A DNA stretch of 64,000 nt from an uncultured Planctomycetota bacterium (GTDB taxonomy: Bacteria; Planctomycetota; Planctomycetia; Isosphaerales; Isosphaeraceae): NCBI GenBank assembly GCA_963823665.1, contig CAWGMQ010000005.1:1152001-1216000 (forward strand), written 5' to 3'. Below are positions 11,154-21,867 of this stretch, one piece after another. Position numbers and translations under genes: made by a program. Below the pieces are notes generated by a model. The model saw nothing but the letters and a program-made list of their open reading frames with translations, was not told the DNA's origin and ran no database searches. The first letter of the stretch is position 1. Every line of letters starts with the position of its first letter.

Positions 11154-12764
11154 TCAGCGGACGACCTCGGTGAATGCACTTTCGCTCGACGCTCCGTCAG
11201 TGGCGTCGATCATCCCGTCAAGCGAGACCTTAACCTCCCCTTTGTACGGCTTGGCGAGGCTGATTGAGACGGTGTCCGTGGCCTCGGCATAAAGGACGGT
11301 CTTGATCTTCACTTTCTTGCTGAAGACCACCCTCCTTCGCCTCGGCACACCTCCCGAGATTCTGTAAAGGGCGGGATTGTTGACCGAGTCGGGCGCCATC
11401 GCCTCATTGAAGGCGATCGTCACTGCGCTGACTTTCTTCTTTGTCTGCTGGACTTCGACCACACCGAGAACCTGGGGCGCGGCCGCCTCGCCGCCGCCCC
11501 CTCCAGTGGTCCCGCCGCCGCCCCCGCCGCTGGTCGGGCCCACGGTCAGTGTATTCGAGGCGTCGGAGTCCCATAACGGCACTTGCGTGGTAGGCCCCCC
11601 CATCTGGGCTTGAACTCGAAATGTGTACTGATTCTCGGACAGATCCTCGGTCCATTGCGCTGGCACCGTGTAGGTCGTCGTTCCCGGTTCGACGGAACCA
11701 ATTGACTGGAACGCGCTGCCATCCACGGACCATTCGACGACGTAGGGCGCAGCACCGCCGGTATGATCGGTCCATTGGAGGCTAAGCATCCCGCCGGACA
11801 GCGACCCAGTCAGATTCGTCGGCGCGGCAGACGGAAGCGCGGCGTAGACGATCTGCGAAACGGCTGGGACGTTGGCCGCGGTCGCCGCGACGATCATGTA
11901 TTCGTAAAGAGTCGCGCCGGCGGCATCATCGTCGATATAAGAGGTACTCCCAACCGGAAGCGTGGCAATCGGCTCGAACGTGCCATTTGCGACGGCGCGT
12001 TCCACAGTGTAAGTCGCCTGGCCTGCATTCGTGTCGGTCCAGGTGATCTGGATCTGGTTCGTCGAAGCATCCGAAGCCGTAACATTCCGCGGGACCTGGG
12101 CCTGGCCGGGTCGTACCGGGTAAAGCGTGTCGATTGCGGCAATGTCGTCGGCGCTCAGGACGGTGTTCTGGGGTAGCGGCGTCCCGTTGAGTTCCGTGGC
12201 GACTGGGAGACCATTTGCCGAACCGACATATCCATTGTAGAGCATGATCGAGGAATAGTCGAAGGGCCCGACGTCCCTCACGAAGCCGGCAGGAAACGGC
12301 GCCCAAACGCTGGCATCAGCAGCCAGGAGATTTTGATTATTAATGATAATATAACTACTCGCGTCCAGCATTTGTTGTTCGTGCCAAAAGCCGAGGACGT
12401 GGCCCATCTCATGCAGAATAATGTAGGTCAGGTCGAGGTCGTTGATACCGGCGTATTGCTCAACCCCTTGCTGATAGCCGACCTGCGCTTCATTCTCCCC
12501 TGGCAAGTCCGCATACTCAAAGTCAACGTAGCCAGCCTGGTTCGTTCGGGGGATCCACTGCGTATCGGTTTCATCGTTATACTCGTTGATTGCTTGGATG
12601 ATCCCTGACGGATCCTTGATCAACGGGTCGATCACGTACGGAATCTGGCCATTCGGCCAGAGGTCTTGTGCAAACGGCCCGGCAACCACGGCCGAGAGCA
12701 CCGTCCTCGGTTCGAGAGGCTCCAGGGAAAACCGATGGGCTCGGTTGGAAGGCTTGCGGGACAC
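11154..12764 (-). CDS. Secreted astacin-family (M12A) metalloprotease with two FN3 domains and a C-terminal Ig-like domain; LEPRxLL-type N-terminus
   Basis: LEPLEPRTVLS; WPNGQIPY; HEMGHVLGFWHE zinc motif; DYSSIMLY Met-turn. Probable GTG start at 12764 after ggag (ORF track start is 12827). Confidence 0.9.
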   Translation of the reverse strand: MSRKPSNRAHRFSLEPLEPRTVLSAVVAGPFAQDLWPNGQIPYVIDPLIKDPSGIIQAINEYNDETDTQWIPRTNQAGYVDFEYADLPGENEAQVGYQQGVEQYAGINDLDLTYIILHEMGHVLGFWHEQQMLDASSYIIINNQNLLAADASVWAPFPAGFVRDVGPFDYSSIMLYNGYVGSANGLPVATELNGTPLPQNTVLSADDIAAIDTLYPVRPGQAQVPRNVTASDASTNQIQITWTDTNAGQATYTVERAVANGTFEPIATLPVGSTSYIDDDAAGATLYEYMIVAATAANVPAVSQIVYAALPSAAPTNLTGSLSGGMLSLQWTDHTGGAAPYVVEWSVDGSAFQSIGSVEPGTTTYTVPAQWTEDLSENQYTFRVQAQMGGPTTQVPLWDSDASNTLTVGPTSGGGGGGTTGGGGGEAAAPQVLGVVEVQQTKKKVSAVTIAFNEAMAPDSVNNPALYRISGGVPRRRRVVFSKKVKIKTVLYAEATDTVSISLAKPYKGEVKVSLDGMIDATDGASSESAFTEVVR

Positions 12765-12816
12765 AGGAACATCTCCGTGGCTCTTGGCGATTCTCAAGCG
12801 ACGCGACTCGCGCCAC

Positions 12817-12975
12817 TCAGCGGACATCCTCCGGGAGTTTACTGTCGCTCGACGTTTCGTCGGTGGCCTCGATTATGCCTTCAGGCGGGACCTTGAGTTG
12901 TCCTTTGTGAGGCTTGGCGAGGCGGATCGAGACCGTGTCCGCGGCCCCGTCAGAGTGGACGGTCCGAATCTTCAT
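12817..12975 (-). pseudogene. Orphan C-terminal remnant paralogous to the end of the astacin protein
   Basis: KIRTVHSDGAADTVSIRLAKPHKGQLKV...EDVR* aligns with KIKTVLYAEATDTVSISLAKPYKGEVKV...EVVR* (11154-11310). Confidence 0.75.
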
Positions 12976-12988
12976 GTGCTGGCAATAA

Positions 12989-15061
12989 TCAAAGGGCGCT
13001 GATCTCCTTCCCACCCGCCGCAATGGTGAAAACGGTACTTCCGTCGAGTCCAGTGCCGGATATGCCGGTGACGCCGGACGAGGGACCACTGACCACTGTG
13101 ATCTGACCCCCGGTCGGGAATGTCTGCTTGCCGTTGAACGTCAGGATGATCGCGTCGCTCTCCGCGCTGTATGCGACCGAGAAACCCTTGATCGGATGAA
13201 GTTTGAGCTGGATTCTCCCTTTGACCCGCTTGGACGCGACGGAATCGACTCGATAATTTGCACTGGTCGTCGCGCTCGAGGGATTGAGCGGGTCGCTGGA
13301 CTCGAACATGAATCCGGTGAGGACCGGGCGGCCGACGGGCTCGCCGTTCCTCTTGGTCTTGCGGCGGAAGATCGGTCGCTCGCCAATAATGGTTGGCGCC
13401 GCGGGGTTTATCACCAGGGTGCCGGTGACGCTCGCGGCCGTGTAGTTCGGATTGTCAAGTGTCGCGGCAACGGAGTAACTGCCCGGTTGCGTCGGTGCTG
13501 GCACGACAACGCCGTTCTGCGAATAAGTCACCGTCACGCCCGCGAGGCCCTCGGGGTCAGTGCTGACCGTCGCTGTGTGGGGCGTGCCATCATATGTGAA
13601 GCTCAATCCGCTGAACGTCAAGGTCGCCTGGGCTGGGTTCACGGTCAAGTTGCCGCTGCCGCTGCTACTGGCGTCGGTCGAGTCACCGGCAAAGCTGGCC
13701 GCCACCGCGCCGGAGTAATTGCCGGCGCTCAAGCTGTGCAGGCTCGCACCGGCCAACGTGGCGATCCCGCTCGCATTGGTTGTCGCCATGCCGGCCAACG
13801 TGGTGTTGCCGGCTTCGTCCAGAGTGAAAGCGATCTGCTGGCCCACCACGGGCGATCCGCCGGCACTCAGAGTCGCCGTCAGGGTGGCCGTACCGCCGTA
13901 GGTCGCGTTCGCTGAAACCGCCGCAAGGCTGGTGGGTATTGGAGTCGGCGTGGCAGTGGCGGACACCTCCCGGACGACGTCGTTGCCAACGTCGGCAATG
14001 AAAAGATCGCCTTGCGCGTCCACCACGACGGCCTCGGGCCTGCTGAGTTCGGCCGCGGTGGCCGGTCCGCCGTCGCCGCTGTAACCACCGGTACCGTCTC
14101 CGGCAACGGTGGTGATCACGCCCGTAGTCTGATTGACCTCGCGGATCACGTTGTTGTATGTGTCGGCGATGAAAAGATCACCCGCCGTGTCCAACCCTAT
14201 TCCGACGGGCAAATCGAGGGAGGCGTCGGTGGCCGGGCCACCGTCACCGCTGTATCCATTGTTGCCGTCGCCGACGACGGTAGTGATGACGCCGGTGACG
14301 TGATTGACCTCACGGACCGCGGAATTCCCGTAGTCCGCGATGAAGACGTCGCCTACCGAGTCCACCGCAACGCCGCTAGGGTACCTGAGTTGGGCGTCGG
14401 TGGCGGGCCCGCCGTCGCCGCCACCGCCGAAAGTGCCGTCGCCCGCGACCGTCGTGATCATGCCGCTGGTGAGATTCACTTTGCGGATCACCTGGTCACC
14501 GGGGTCGGCGATGAAGATGTCGCCTTCGGAGTCCAGCGCGATGCCTTGCGGCCTGCCGAGCATGGCGTCGGTCGCCGGGCCTCCATCACCGCTGTAACCA
14601 AAGTTACCGTCGCCGGCTACGGTCGTGATAACGCCCGTGGTGTGATTCACCTCGCGGATGACGGCGTTTAGAGTGTCGGCGATGAAAATGTTGCCTTCCG
14701 AGTCCACTGCGACTCCAGACGGCGCGTTGAGCTCGGCGGCGGTGGCCGGACCGCCGTCACCGGTATTACCAGCGGTACCGTTGCCGGCGACCGTCGTGAT
14801 CACCCCGGTGGCGTGGTTCACCTCGCGGATCACATTATTCGAGAGGTCGGCGATGAAAAGGTTGCTTAGCGAGTCCACCGCGACGCTATAGGGGCCATCG
14901 AGCTCGGCGGCGGTGGCTCGCCCGCCATCACCGTTGTAACCATCGCGGTAGCCCTCGCCGGCGACCGTGGTGATGATGGATGTGCTACTAGCCAGCAAGC
15001 AACGATTCTCGACCTGCTCAAACACAGGGCAGAAAACGCGCCGTCTGCGCAAACAATGCAT
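12989..15061 (-). CDS. Secreted NHL-repeat beta-propeller protein with Ig-like/MBG domains; LEPRxLL-type N-terminus
   Basis: FEQVENRCLLA; six GDGGPATxAxL..PxGVAVD..GDxFIAD repeats; FTYDGTPH MBG-like domain. Confidence 0.9.
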   Translation of the reverse strand: MHCLRRRRVFCPVFEQVENRCLLASSTSIITTVAGEGYRDGYNGDGGRATAAELDGPYSVAVDSLSNLFIADLSNNVIREVNHATGVITTVAGNGTAGNTGDGGPATAAELNAPSGVAVDSEGNIFIADTLNAVIREVNHTTGVITTVAGDGNFGYSGDGGPATDAMLGRPQGIALDSEGDIFIADPGDQVIRKVNLTSGMITTVAGDGTFGGGGDGGPATDAQLRYPSGVAVDSVGDVFIADYGNSAVREVNHVTGVITTVVGDGNNGYSGDGGPATDASLDLPVGIGLDTAGDLFIADTYNNVIREVNQTTGVITTVAGDGTGGYSGDGGPATAAELSRPEAVVVDAQGDLFIADVGNDVVREVSATATPTPIPTSLAAVSANATYGGTATLTATLSAGGSPVVGQQIAFTLDEAGNTTLAGMATTNASGIATLAGASLHSLSAGNYSGAVAASFAGDSTDASSSGSGNLTVNPAQATLTFSGLSFTYDGTPHTATVSTDPEGLAGVTVTYSQNGVVVPAPTQPGSYSVAATLDNPNYTAASVTGTLVINPAAPTIIGERPIFRRKTKRNGEPVGRPVLTGFMFESSDPLNPSSATTSANYRVDSVASKRVKGRIQLKLHPIKGFSVAYSAESDAIILTFNGKQTFPTGGQITVVSGPSSGVTGISGTGLDGSTVFTIAAGGKEISAL

Positions 15062-15141
15062 GGGACAGCAAGACCCCGTCAGCGGATTGGGCTACATTCC
15101 GCCAGTGACAGTCACGAGGCGAACGCCGGCTCTACCCCTAC

Positions 15142-15172
15142 AGTCACCGCGCGACCGAGAAGCGAACGCGGC
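15142..15172. promoter_or_regulatory. 31-bp element identical to 17011-17041; candidate ECF-dependent promoter or operator
   Basis: agtcaccgcgcgaccgagaagcgaacgcggc occurs exactly twice, each about 70-80 bp upstream of a minus-strand secreted-protein gene. Confidence 0.5.
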
Positions 15173-15249
15173 GATTTCGTTTTTTTTTTAATCTCGTCCC
15201 GATGATCTTGTTCTGGAAAGACTCCGCGGTACCTCGGCCCCCAACCGCA

Positions 15250-15424
15250 ACGCTCGACCACCCCAACATCGTCCCGGTGTATGAAAGCGGCAGCGTCGGC
15301 ATGGTCGCTTACCTCGCGTCGACGTACTGCCTCGGCCCGACGCTCGCCGAATGGCTGGCGAGCCAATCACGGCCGGTGCCGCCGCACGACGTCGCTCACC
15401 TCGGCGCCCTGCTCGCGCGGGCAA
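15250..15424 (+). repeat. About 175-bp near-identical copy of kinase coding sequence 18332-18506
   Basis: TLDHPNIVPVYESGSVGMVAYLASTYCLGPTLAEWLASQSRPVPPHDVAHLGA; DNA is identical except a few substitutions at the 3' end. Confidence 0.9.
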
Positions 15425-15452
15425 CCGGCGACTCGCCATGGTGAGGTTCCTC

Positions 15453-15962
15453 CTATTTCGTTGGCTTGAGACTGATGTGGGCGTTGAAGGGGACAGGCGG
15501 GTGGTATCCCCCGCGGAACCCCACGATCCCGTTGACAAGATTGATCGTCCCCGCGACGTGAATGCCGGTGTAGCTCCCGGTTGCGGAGCGTACCTGCACC
15601 GTCGCACGTATTTCCTCCGCGTCTTGACGTCGGAGCGGGAAATACCCATGCGTCTTCAAGGACAACGTCAGACTTCCCTGGCTGTTGGAAAACGTCAAGA
15701 TTCCTTTGTCGTTCAGGGCACCCTTACCCCCGCCAAAGAATCCGGTCGCAGTGACGTTCCCCAGGGGCGTCATTGCGCCCGTCCCACCAATCTGATACCC
15801 TTGGGCTGAAATCGTCTCCGTGCCCTGAATCGATCCGACCAGCGCCGGGCTCATGGCCCTTCCTTTCGACACGCCATCAGGCGACGCTCCGGGGCCTGCG
15901 TGCGAAAGCAAAGCACGCCGCTCCAGCGGCTCGAACTGCGTGTTGAGATTTCGATAGGCCAT
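15453..15962 (-). CDS. Small secreted protein with LEPRxLL-type N-terminus
   Basis: MAYRNLNTQFEPLERRALLS followed by a Gly/Thr-rich beta domain. Confidence 0.75.
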   Translation of the reverse strand: MAYRNLNTQFEPLERRALLSHAGPGASPDGVSKGRAMSPALVGSIQGTETISAQGYQIGGTGAMTPLGNVTATGFFGGGKGALNDKGILTFSNSQGSLTLSLKTHGYFPLRRQDAEEIRATVQVRSATGSYTGIHVAGTINLVNGIVGFRGGYHPPVPFNAHISLKPTK

Positions 15963-16075
15963 GACCCATTGCCTTTCGTTGAGTTCGATGCACCTGCAGG
16001 CGACGAACCGACGCGGCGGGATCAGGAAAGGCGGCGAACGATTCGCTATAGCAACGGAGGAAGGAAACGTTCTCG

Positions 16076-16942
16076 TCAACTCAACCGCGATTCCTCGGCC
16101 TTTTTGCTGACACTGCGACTGACGCTGCCGACCACGGCGATGATGCCCATCGCAAACAGCACCAGGCTCGATGGCTCTGGTATCGCGCTATTACTGACGA
16201 CAAAACCCGCCTCCGGGTCGAAGTCAATGTAGCTCGACCCTGCCGACTCTTTCGTGAACGTGGCTTGCATGGTGATGCTTACATCTATACCAGGCGGATA
16301 AATGATAACGCCCTGTGGGTTATAGATAACGTTTCCGTATTCGTAAGCGAACAAAGTTGGCGGGCTCTTGACGCTTATGTCAAAATTACCGGGGCTTGTT
16401 ATCACGCCGCTCGCGTAATTATTGAGAACTGCCAAGGCGCCGGAACCATACAACTGATATGCGATCGAGTCGCCGGGCGCAACATACCCCTTGACTTCAC
16501 CTTGATAGCTTACATAAAAGTACTGGGTTTCACCGGGCAGTATGGGGGTTATTTGGGCGACCTCAGTGGCATGGGCGATTACCGACCCGGCGATACCGTT
16601 GGTATAGGTAGACGGACCGCCGCTCTGGGAAAGCTGTAAGTTTGTGTCCATGCTGATCAGCGAGGACGAGACCGATTCCGATGCCCCAAAGGAAACCGAA
16701 CCCGAGATCGGTGTGCCAGGATAGTTGGGTGCGAATAGTGGAGTCGGAGAAACAACAACGGGCGGACCGGGATAATAGCTCCAAGACCCGGTAACGGGCA
16801 AGCCATTGGATGCGGCCAGAGCAGTTCCGCCGGTTGTGATGTCAGCTCCCGCGATGGCGAGCACCAGGTCGGCGTTCGCCGACCCGGAGGCCAGTAGAAA
16901 GCTCGCGACTGTCGCCGAAAAGGCCCACTGTGAACGCTTCAT
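16076..16942 (-). CDS. PEP-CTERM sorting-domain protein
   Basis: Signal peptide ending ANA-D; C-terminal IPEPSSLVLFAMGIIAVVG plus basic tail. Confidence 0.9.
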   Translation of the reverse strand: MKRSQWAFSATVASFLLASGSANADLVLAIAGADITTGGTALAASNGLPVTGSWSYYPGPPVVVSPTPLFAPNYPGTPISGSVSFGASESVSSSLISMDTNLQLSQSGGPSTYTNGIAGSVIAHATEVAQITPILPGETQYFYVSYQGEVKGYVAPGDSIAYQLYGSGALAVLNNYASGVITSPGNFDISVKSPPTLFAYEYGNVIYNPQGVIIYPPGIDVSITMQATFTKESAGSSYIDFDPEAGFVVSNSAIPEPSSLVLFAMGIIAVVGSVSRSVSKKAEESRLS

Positions 16943-17010
16943 CGGAACACCTTTTCAAGTTCGAACGGTCGGGACGGTGCGTGTGGTCCCGAGTGTTTCC
17001 CTGCCTCTAA

Positions 17011-17041
17011 AGTCACCGCGCGACCGAGAAGCGAACGCGGC
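17011..17041. promoter_or_regulatory. 31-bp element identical to 15142-15172, between the divergent PEP-CTERM and ECF genes
   Basis: Exact repeat; its 10-bp core recurs inverted (ggtcgcgcgg) at 17118-17127. Confidence 0.5.
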
Positions 17042-17213
17042 AATTACAGTTTCTAGAATTCCGTACTCTTGAGCATCTTCCGGGAGTCTCTGCGGCGCCT
17101 CCGTGCCAACGGCAAAAGGTCGCGCGGACGAGTCTCGCCGTTGCCCCTTCCGCAGGGTATGATGGTCGAAACCCTCGGTGCTACGAACCACGCTTGCGAG
17201 TCGGGGAGGGACG

Positions 17214-17870
17214 ATGACGGTCATTTCCAAGACGAATGTTCCGGGTGAGATCGGCACCCAACCGCTCGGCTTGACTTCCGCGTCCGATACCGGGGTTTCA
17301 TCCGAGATCGACACTCCCCACCCAGCACTCGACGGCTGCCGGCAGTATCTCCTTTTGATCGCCAACGAGATGATCGGGCCAGAGCTCCAAGCCAAGTTCG
17401 GGGCATCGGACCTCGTGCAGGACACGTTCATCGAGGCACAGCGGCACCTGGCCGGGTTTCGGGGGACGAGTAACGCCGAAATGCGAGCCTGGCTGCGCGA
17501 GATCTTGGAATGCCGGCTCTCGAACGTGCGGCGCGCCTACGTTGCGACCGGGAAGCGCGCCCTCGGGCGCGAGGTGGCGATCGAGACCTTGCGCGTCGCG
17601 TCGGAAGAGCAGGGTGACATTCTTGCGAGTCGGGTGCCATCGCCAAGCAGCCATGCAATGCGATCGGAACTGACTCAGGCCCTCGATCGCGCGATGGCGC
17701 GTTTGCCCGAGCACTACCGGCAGGCCGTGCGCTATCGGCACCAGGACGAACTTCCGTGGGACGAGATCGGCCAGCGGATGCACTGTTCCGCGGATGCGGT
17801 GCGCATGGTCTGGAGCCGGGCCATTCGCCAGTTGAAGAAAGAAATGGAGATTCACGGACCAATGCGATGA
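17214..17870 (+). CDS. ECF sigma-70 factor (kinase-associated type)
   Basis: GASDLVQDTF, AWLREIL, REV, SPS and LPEHYRQAVRYRH...DAVRMVWSRA; ggaggg RBS before ATG 17214; overlaps the kinase start (ATGA). Confidence 0.9.
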   Translation: MTVISKTNVPGEIGTQPLGLTSASDTGVSSEIDTPHPALDGCRQYLLLIANEMIGPELQAKFGASDLVQDTFIEAQRHLAGFRGTSNAEMRAWLREILECRLSNVRRAYVATGKRALGREVAIETLRVASEEQGDILASRVPSPSSHAMRSELTQALDRAMARLPEHYRQAVRYRHQDELPWDEIGQRMHCSADAVRMVWSRAIRQLKKEMEIHGPMR

Positions 17871-20800
17871 GCGGCGACGAGGCGACGCGCGCTGAGCGGC
17901 GGCTGGCCGACGCAATGGCCGCCTTTGACGACCGGTTGGCCGTCGGCCGCGAGACACCGCCCGATGAGCTTGGGGAGTCCGTCGACGCCGATCTCGTGCC
18001 CGAGTGGGAGCGGATCGCGGCGTTTTTGACACTCGTTGAACATGCCTGGCCCCGCGATGCCTCACACGCGGATCGCCGGACGGACCGGGCGCCCACCGGG
18101 CTTGTTAAGCCTGGAGCCGATGCTGACGCTGCTCCGCCCGAAGTCGCGGGCCCCGCCCAATTCGGCCGTTTCCAGATCCGAAAGACGCTCGGCCAAGGTG
18201 GGTTCGGGGTCGTCTTCCTCGCCTGGGACCCGGCACTGCGGCGCCAGGTCGCGCTCAAAGTCCCGCAGCCCGAGACTCTGGTAACGCCCGAGGCACGGAA
18301 GCGGTTCCTCCGCGAGGCGCACGCCGCCGCGACGCTCGACCACCCCAACATCGTCCCGGTGTATGAAAGCGGCAGCGTCGGCATGGTCGCTTACCTCGCG
18401 TCGACGTACTGCCTCGGCCCGACGCTCGCCGAATGGCTGGCGAGCCAATCACGGCCGGTGCCGCCGCACGACGTCGCCCACCTCGGCGCCACGCTAGCGC
18501 GGGCAATCCACCACGCGCACGAACGGGGCGTCCTCCATCGCGACCTGAAGCCCAGCAACGTCCTCCTGCAGCGACCCGGAGCCGTTGAAGGAGATGCCGA
18601 GGGCGACCATCTGCTCTCCGAATTCCAGCCGAGGATCACCGACTTCAGCCTGGCCTGGCTCGCCGACGGCGACGGGCCGAAGACCCGGAGCGGGGTCCCG
18701 ATTGGCTCACCCCCTTACATGGCCCCCGAACAGGCCGAGGGACGGCTCAAGGCGATCGGTCCGCCCACGGACGTCTACGGGCTTGGGTGCATTCTGTACG
18801 AGCTCTTGGCCGCTCGTCCTCCCTTCCGAGGCGAGAGTCAGCTCGAAATCCTGAAGCAAGTCAGCGCGGACGACCCGATCCCGCCTCGCCGGGTGCGGAA
18901 GGATATCTGCGTGGCGCTCGAGGCGATCACCCTTAAGTGCCTGGAGAAGGACCCCGCTCGGCGATACCAGTCCGGTTGTGAACTTGCCGACGACCTCGAC
19001 CGGTTCTTGGCTGGCGGGCCGACCGTCGCCCGCCCTGCGGGCCGATGGGAGAAGCTCCGGCACGCGGCGAAGCGGCATCCCGCGTCGGTCGCCATGCTCA
19101 CGCTCGGAATTCTTTTTGTGGGAACGCTCCTCGGTGGCAGACACTGGTTCGAGGACCGCTTGAGGGAAACTCGTCAGGCTGCTCGCCGGCTGGAGGATCA
19201 AGTCCGCGATCGCAAGTTGGCTGCACGCCGAGCTCAGTACGTCGCCGACATCCGTCAGGTGCCCCGGTACATACAAGATAATCGAACTTCCCTCGCGGAT
19301 GAGGTGCTCCTGCGTCATCGGCCGCGCCCGGGCGAGGACGACCTGCGCGGCTTCGCCTGGTATTATCTCCGGCAACGGAGCCATACCGAACGTCGCACCC
19401 TGGCGGGACATCGCGGCGACGCCTACTCCGTCGAGTTTTCGCCGCGCGGCGACCTGCTGGCGAGCGCTGGCAAGGATGGCACTGTCCTCGTTTGGGACAC
19501 CTCACGCTGGCAACTGGTCCGGAAGATCGTGGCCGCCCAAACGGAAGTCAACGCCGCGGCCTTCTCGCCCGACGGCAAGACGATCGCCACCGTCGACGAC
19601 GACGGTATGCTCAAACTTTGGGAAATCGCGACGGGCCATCGCCAACTGGAACGGCTCGCACACAGGGGTGATGCCGTCGTCGCCCGATTCACCTCAGACG
19701 GCAAGACGATCATCACGGGCGGCCGGGACGATGGGTCTCGTCAAGATTTGGGATCGAACTTCCGGGAACATGCTGGACTCGTTCTCGGTCGGCGATAAGA
19801 AACTTGAAAACGCTATCTTGTCCCCGGACGGCTCGTGTCTGGCCACCGTGGGAGGAGCGGGCGTCAAGCTATGGAAGTGGCCCGGTAGAGCTCTTATCGT
19901 CGCGCTCTCGGGAAGCGAGAACGCCCAGGGAACGGCCTTTTCTCGCGACGGGACGAGACTGACAACCGCGCATGAGACCGACCAAGCGCTTCGGCTCTGG
20001 GACGTGCCCGGCGGCCGCCTCGTGCGCGAAATCTGGGGGCATACCGAAGGCGTTTACTCCGTGCGCTTCTCGGCCGATGGTCGGACGATCTTATCGGCTA
20101 GCCGGGATGAGACGATCCGGCTCTGGGATGTGGCCACCGGTAAGGAGCGAGGCGTCCACCTGGGGCACTCCGGCCGAGTCTGGAACCTGGCCGTCTCGCC
20201 CGACGGCCAGACCATTGCCTCCGCAGGCCAGGACGGCACGGTCAAGCTCTGGGATCCCGAACCGCCCCCCAACGGCTTCGCGCTTCCGATTCCGGAACCC
20301 ACTGATCTCGAGTTCTCGACGGACGCACGAACCCTGCTGGTCCTTGAGGTCGGCTCCAAGTGGTCACTTTCCCGCTGGGACGTCCATTCGGGCTCGCTCC
20401 TTGATCGTAAGCCGCTGAACCTGACTGCCACCAATTGGATGTCAGCTTTTTCCCACGACGGCCGCCTGCTGGCGATCGCGAACGAGCCAGACACGATCAC
20501 ACTCTGCGAATTGGAGACCGGTCGCCGCCAGCGCCTCCGCGATCCGGCCATCGGTGAGGTCATTTCCCTCAAGTTCTCGTTTGACAACCGTTTCCTTCTC
20601 TTTCACACGGTGCGTCCGAAACCGGGATACCGGCTCTGGAGCCTCGCGAGCCAACGCTTGATACCTTGTCCAGCATGGGATAGCCCGCACGATAGTTGCT
20701 GGACACCTTCGCAGGAAGTGTTGACCGCCCTTCATGGTGGTGATCTCGGCTGGTGGAATCCCACGACGGGGCTGAGGAAGAGGGTTCCGCTTGATCCGCG

Positions 20801-21191
20801 TCACGCCGACATTTCGCTTCCTACCGTGTCGACCGATGGCCGATTCCTCGCCGCGGTTGATCGCAATCAGCGGGTCATCTATTTGCGGTCAACCGAGACA
20901 TTGAAGTTCGTGAAGGAGTTTGCGGGATATCGCGGCGGTCTATCTATCCTGGCCTTCTCACCCGATGGGAACACGCTCGCCTCGGCGTGCGACGATCAAA
21001 CCGTCAAGCTCTGGGACGTTCCAACGGGCGAGGATTTATTGACGCTCGGAGGCTACGGCGGCACGCCCTGGATCGTTCGGTTTTCGCCCGATGGCAAGGC
21101 TTTGGCCGCGATCGGCCCGACAGGTCCCAATAAACCGGGCGAGGTCCGGGTCTGGCTCGCTGCCGACACGGAGTCGGCAGAGCGACCGTAA
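17867..21191 (+). CDS. Ser/Thr kinase with TM segment and WD40 beta-propellers; one frameshift near 19735
   Basis: [21 protein letters not shown] (instead of DFG), YMAPE; many GH...FSPDG...VKLWD repeats split across ORFs 17756..19798 and 19299..21191. Confidence 0.88.
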
Positions 21192-21274
21192 GCGCACTAG
21201 GTTTGAATCCTAGCAGTCCATTGCTCGCGGCCGAGCTACGCCGATCCGGCCGCGGCGTTGATGGGCAACCAGCC

Positions 21275-21412
21275 GTGCGTGTAGCACAGACCCCATCGTT
21301 CAGGAAAGCCGTGAAACGGCTTCACCGCAATCAAAAGCTGGAACTGGATGAAGCCGTTAAGACCATCCTGGCCAATCCGCTGATCGGCGAGCAGAAGGTC
21401 GGCGATCTCGCG
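21275..21412 (+). pseudogene. RelE/ParE-type toxin N-terminal remnant
   Basis: VRVAQTPSFRKAVKRLHRNQKLELDEAVKTILANPLIGEQKVGDLA, then an abrupt break. Confidence 0.65.
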
Positions 21413-21657
21413 AGGATCGTGTCGCCATCGTGGGCGATGTCCTGAATGGGATCAACATGGTGACATCATGGCCGGGACTGCACGAGCCTCCCGGCTTCTT
21501 TACCGTCGATGCCGCTCTGAACCGCTGTTCAATTCGTCGCTTGGCCGAGCTGGAGCCTCGTCTACTATGTTTCGGTCACGGCCCGCCGCTTCACGACATG
21601 AATAAATTCGACCGTTTCCTCAAGCGCACGCTGAACGATCGGGTCACCGTTCACTGA
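21413..21657 (+). pseudogene. MBL-fold hydrolase C-terminal remnant
   Basis: DRVAIVGDVL...SIRRLAELEPRLLCFGHGPP; the HxHxDH motif is absent. Confidence 0.65.
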
Positions 21658-21867
21658 TTGTTGATGAGTTCATTGATCGTGCCACTTGCGAGCACCTGGC
21701 CGCGGTTCACCGCGTCGTCGAGCACCTTCGGCTTCTTGTTCTTCTGCGGCGAGTTCTCGACCGTGACCGTGCCAGCGGGCACTCCCGAGCCCAGGGCCAA
21801 TGCGCCGACTTTCACGTCGAAGCTGAGCGCATACCCCGCCTTGGCCTCCGCAGCGGCGCCGGCAACG

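Noticed and set aside
15250..18506. DGR template/variable repeat pair
   Set aside because: Differences are not adenine-specific, the repeat lies in a kinase core, and no reverse transcriptase is in the window.
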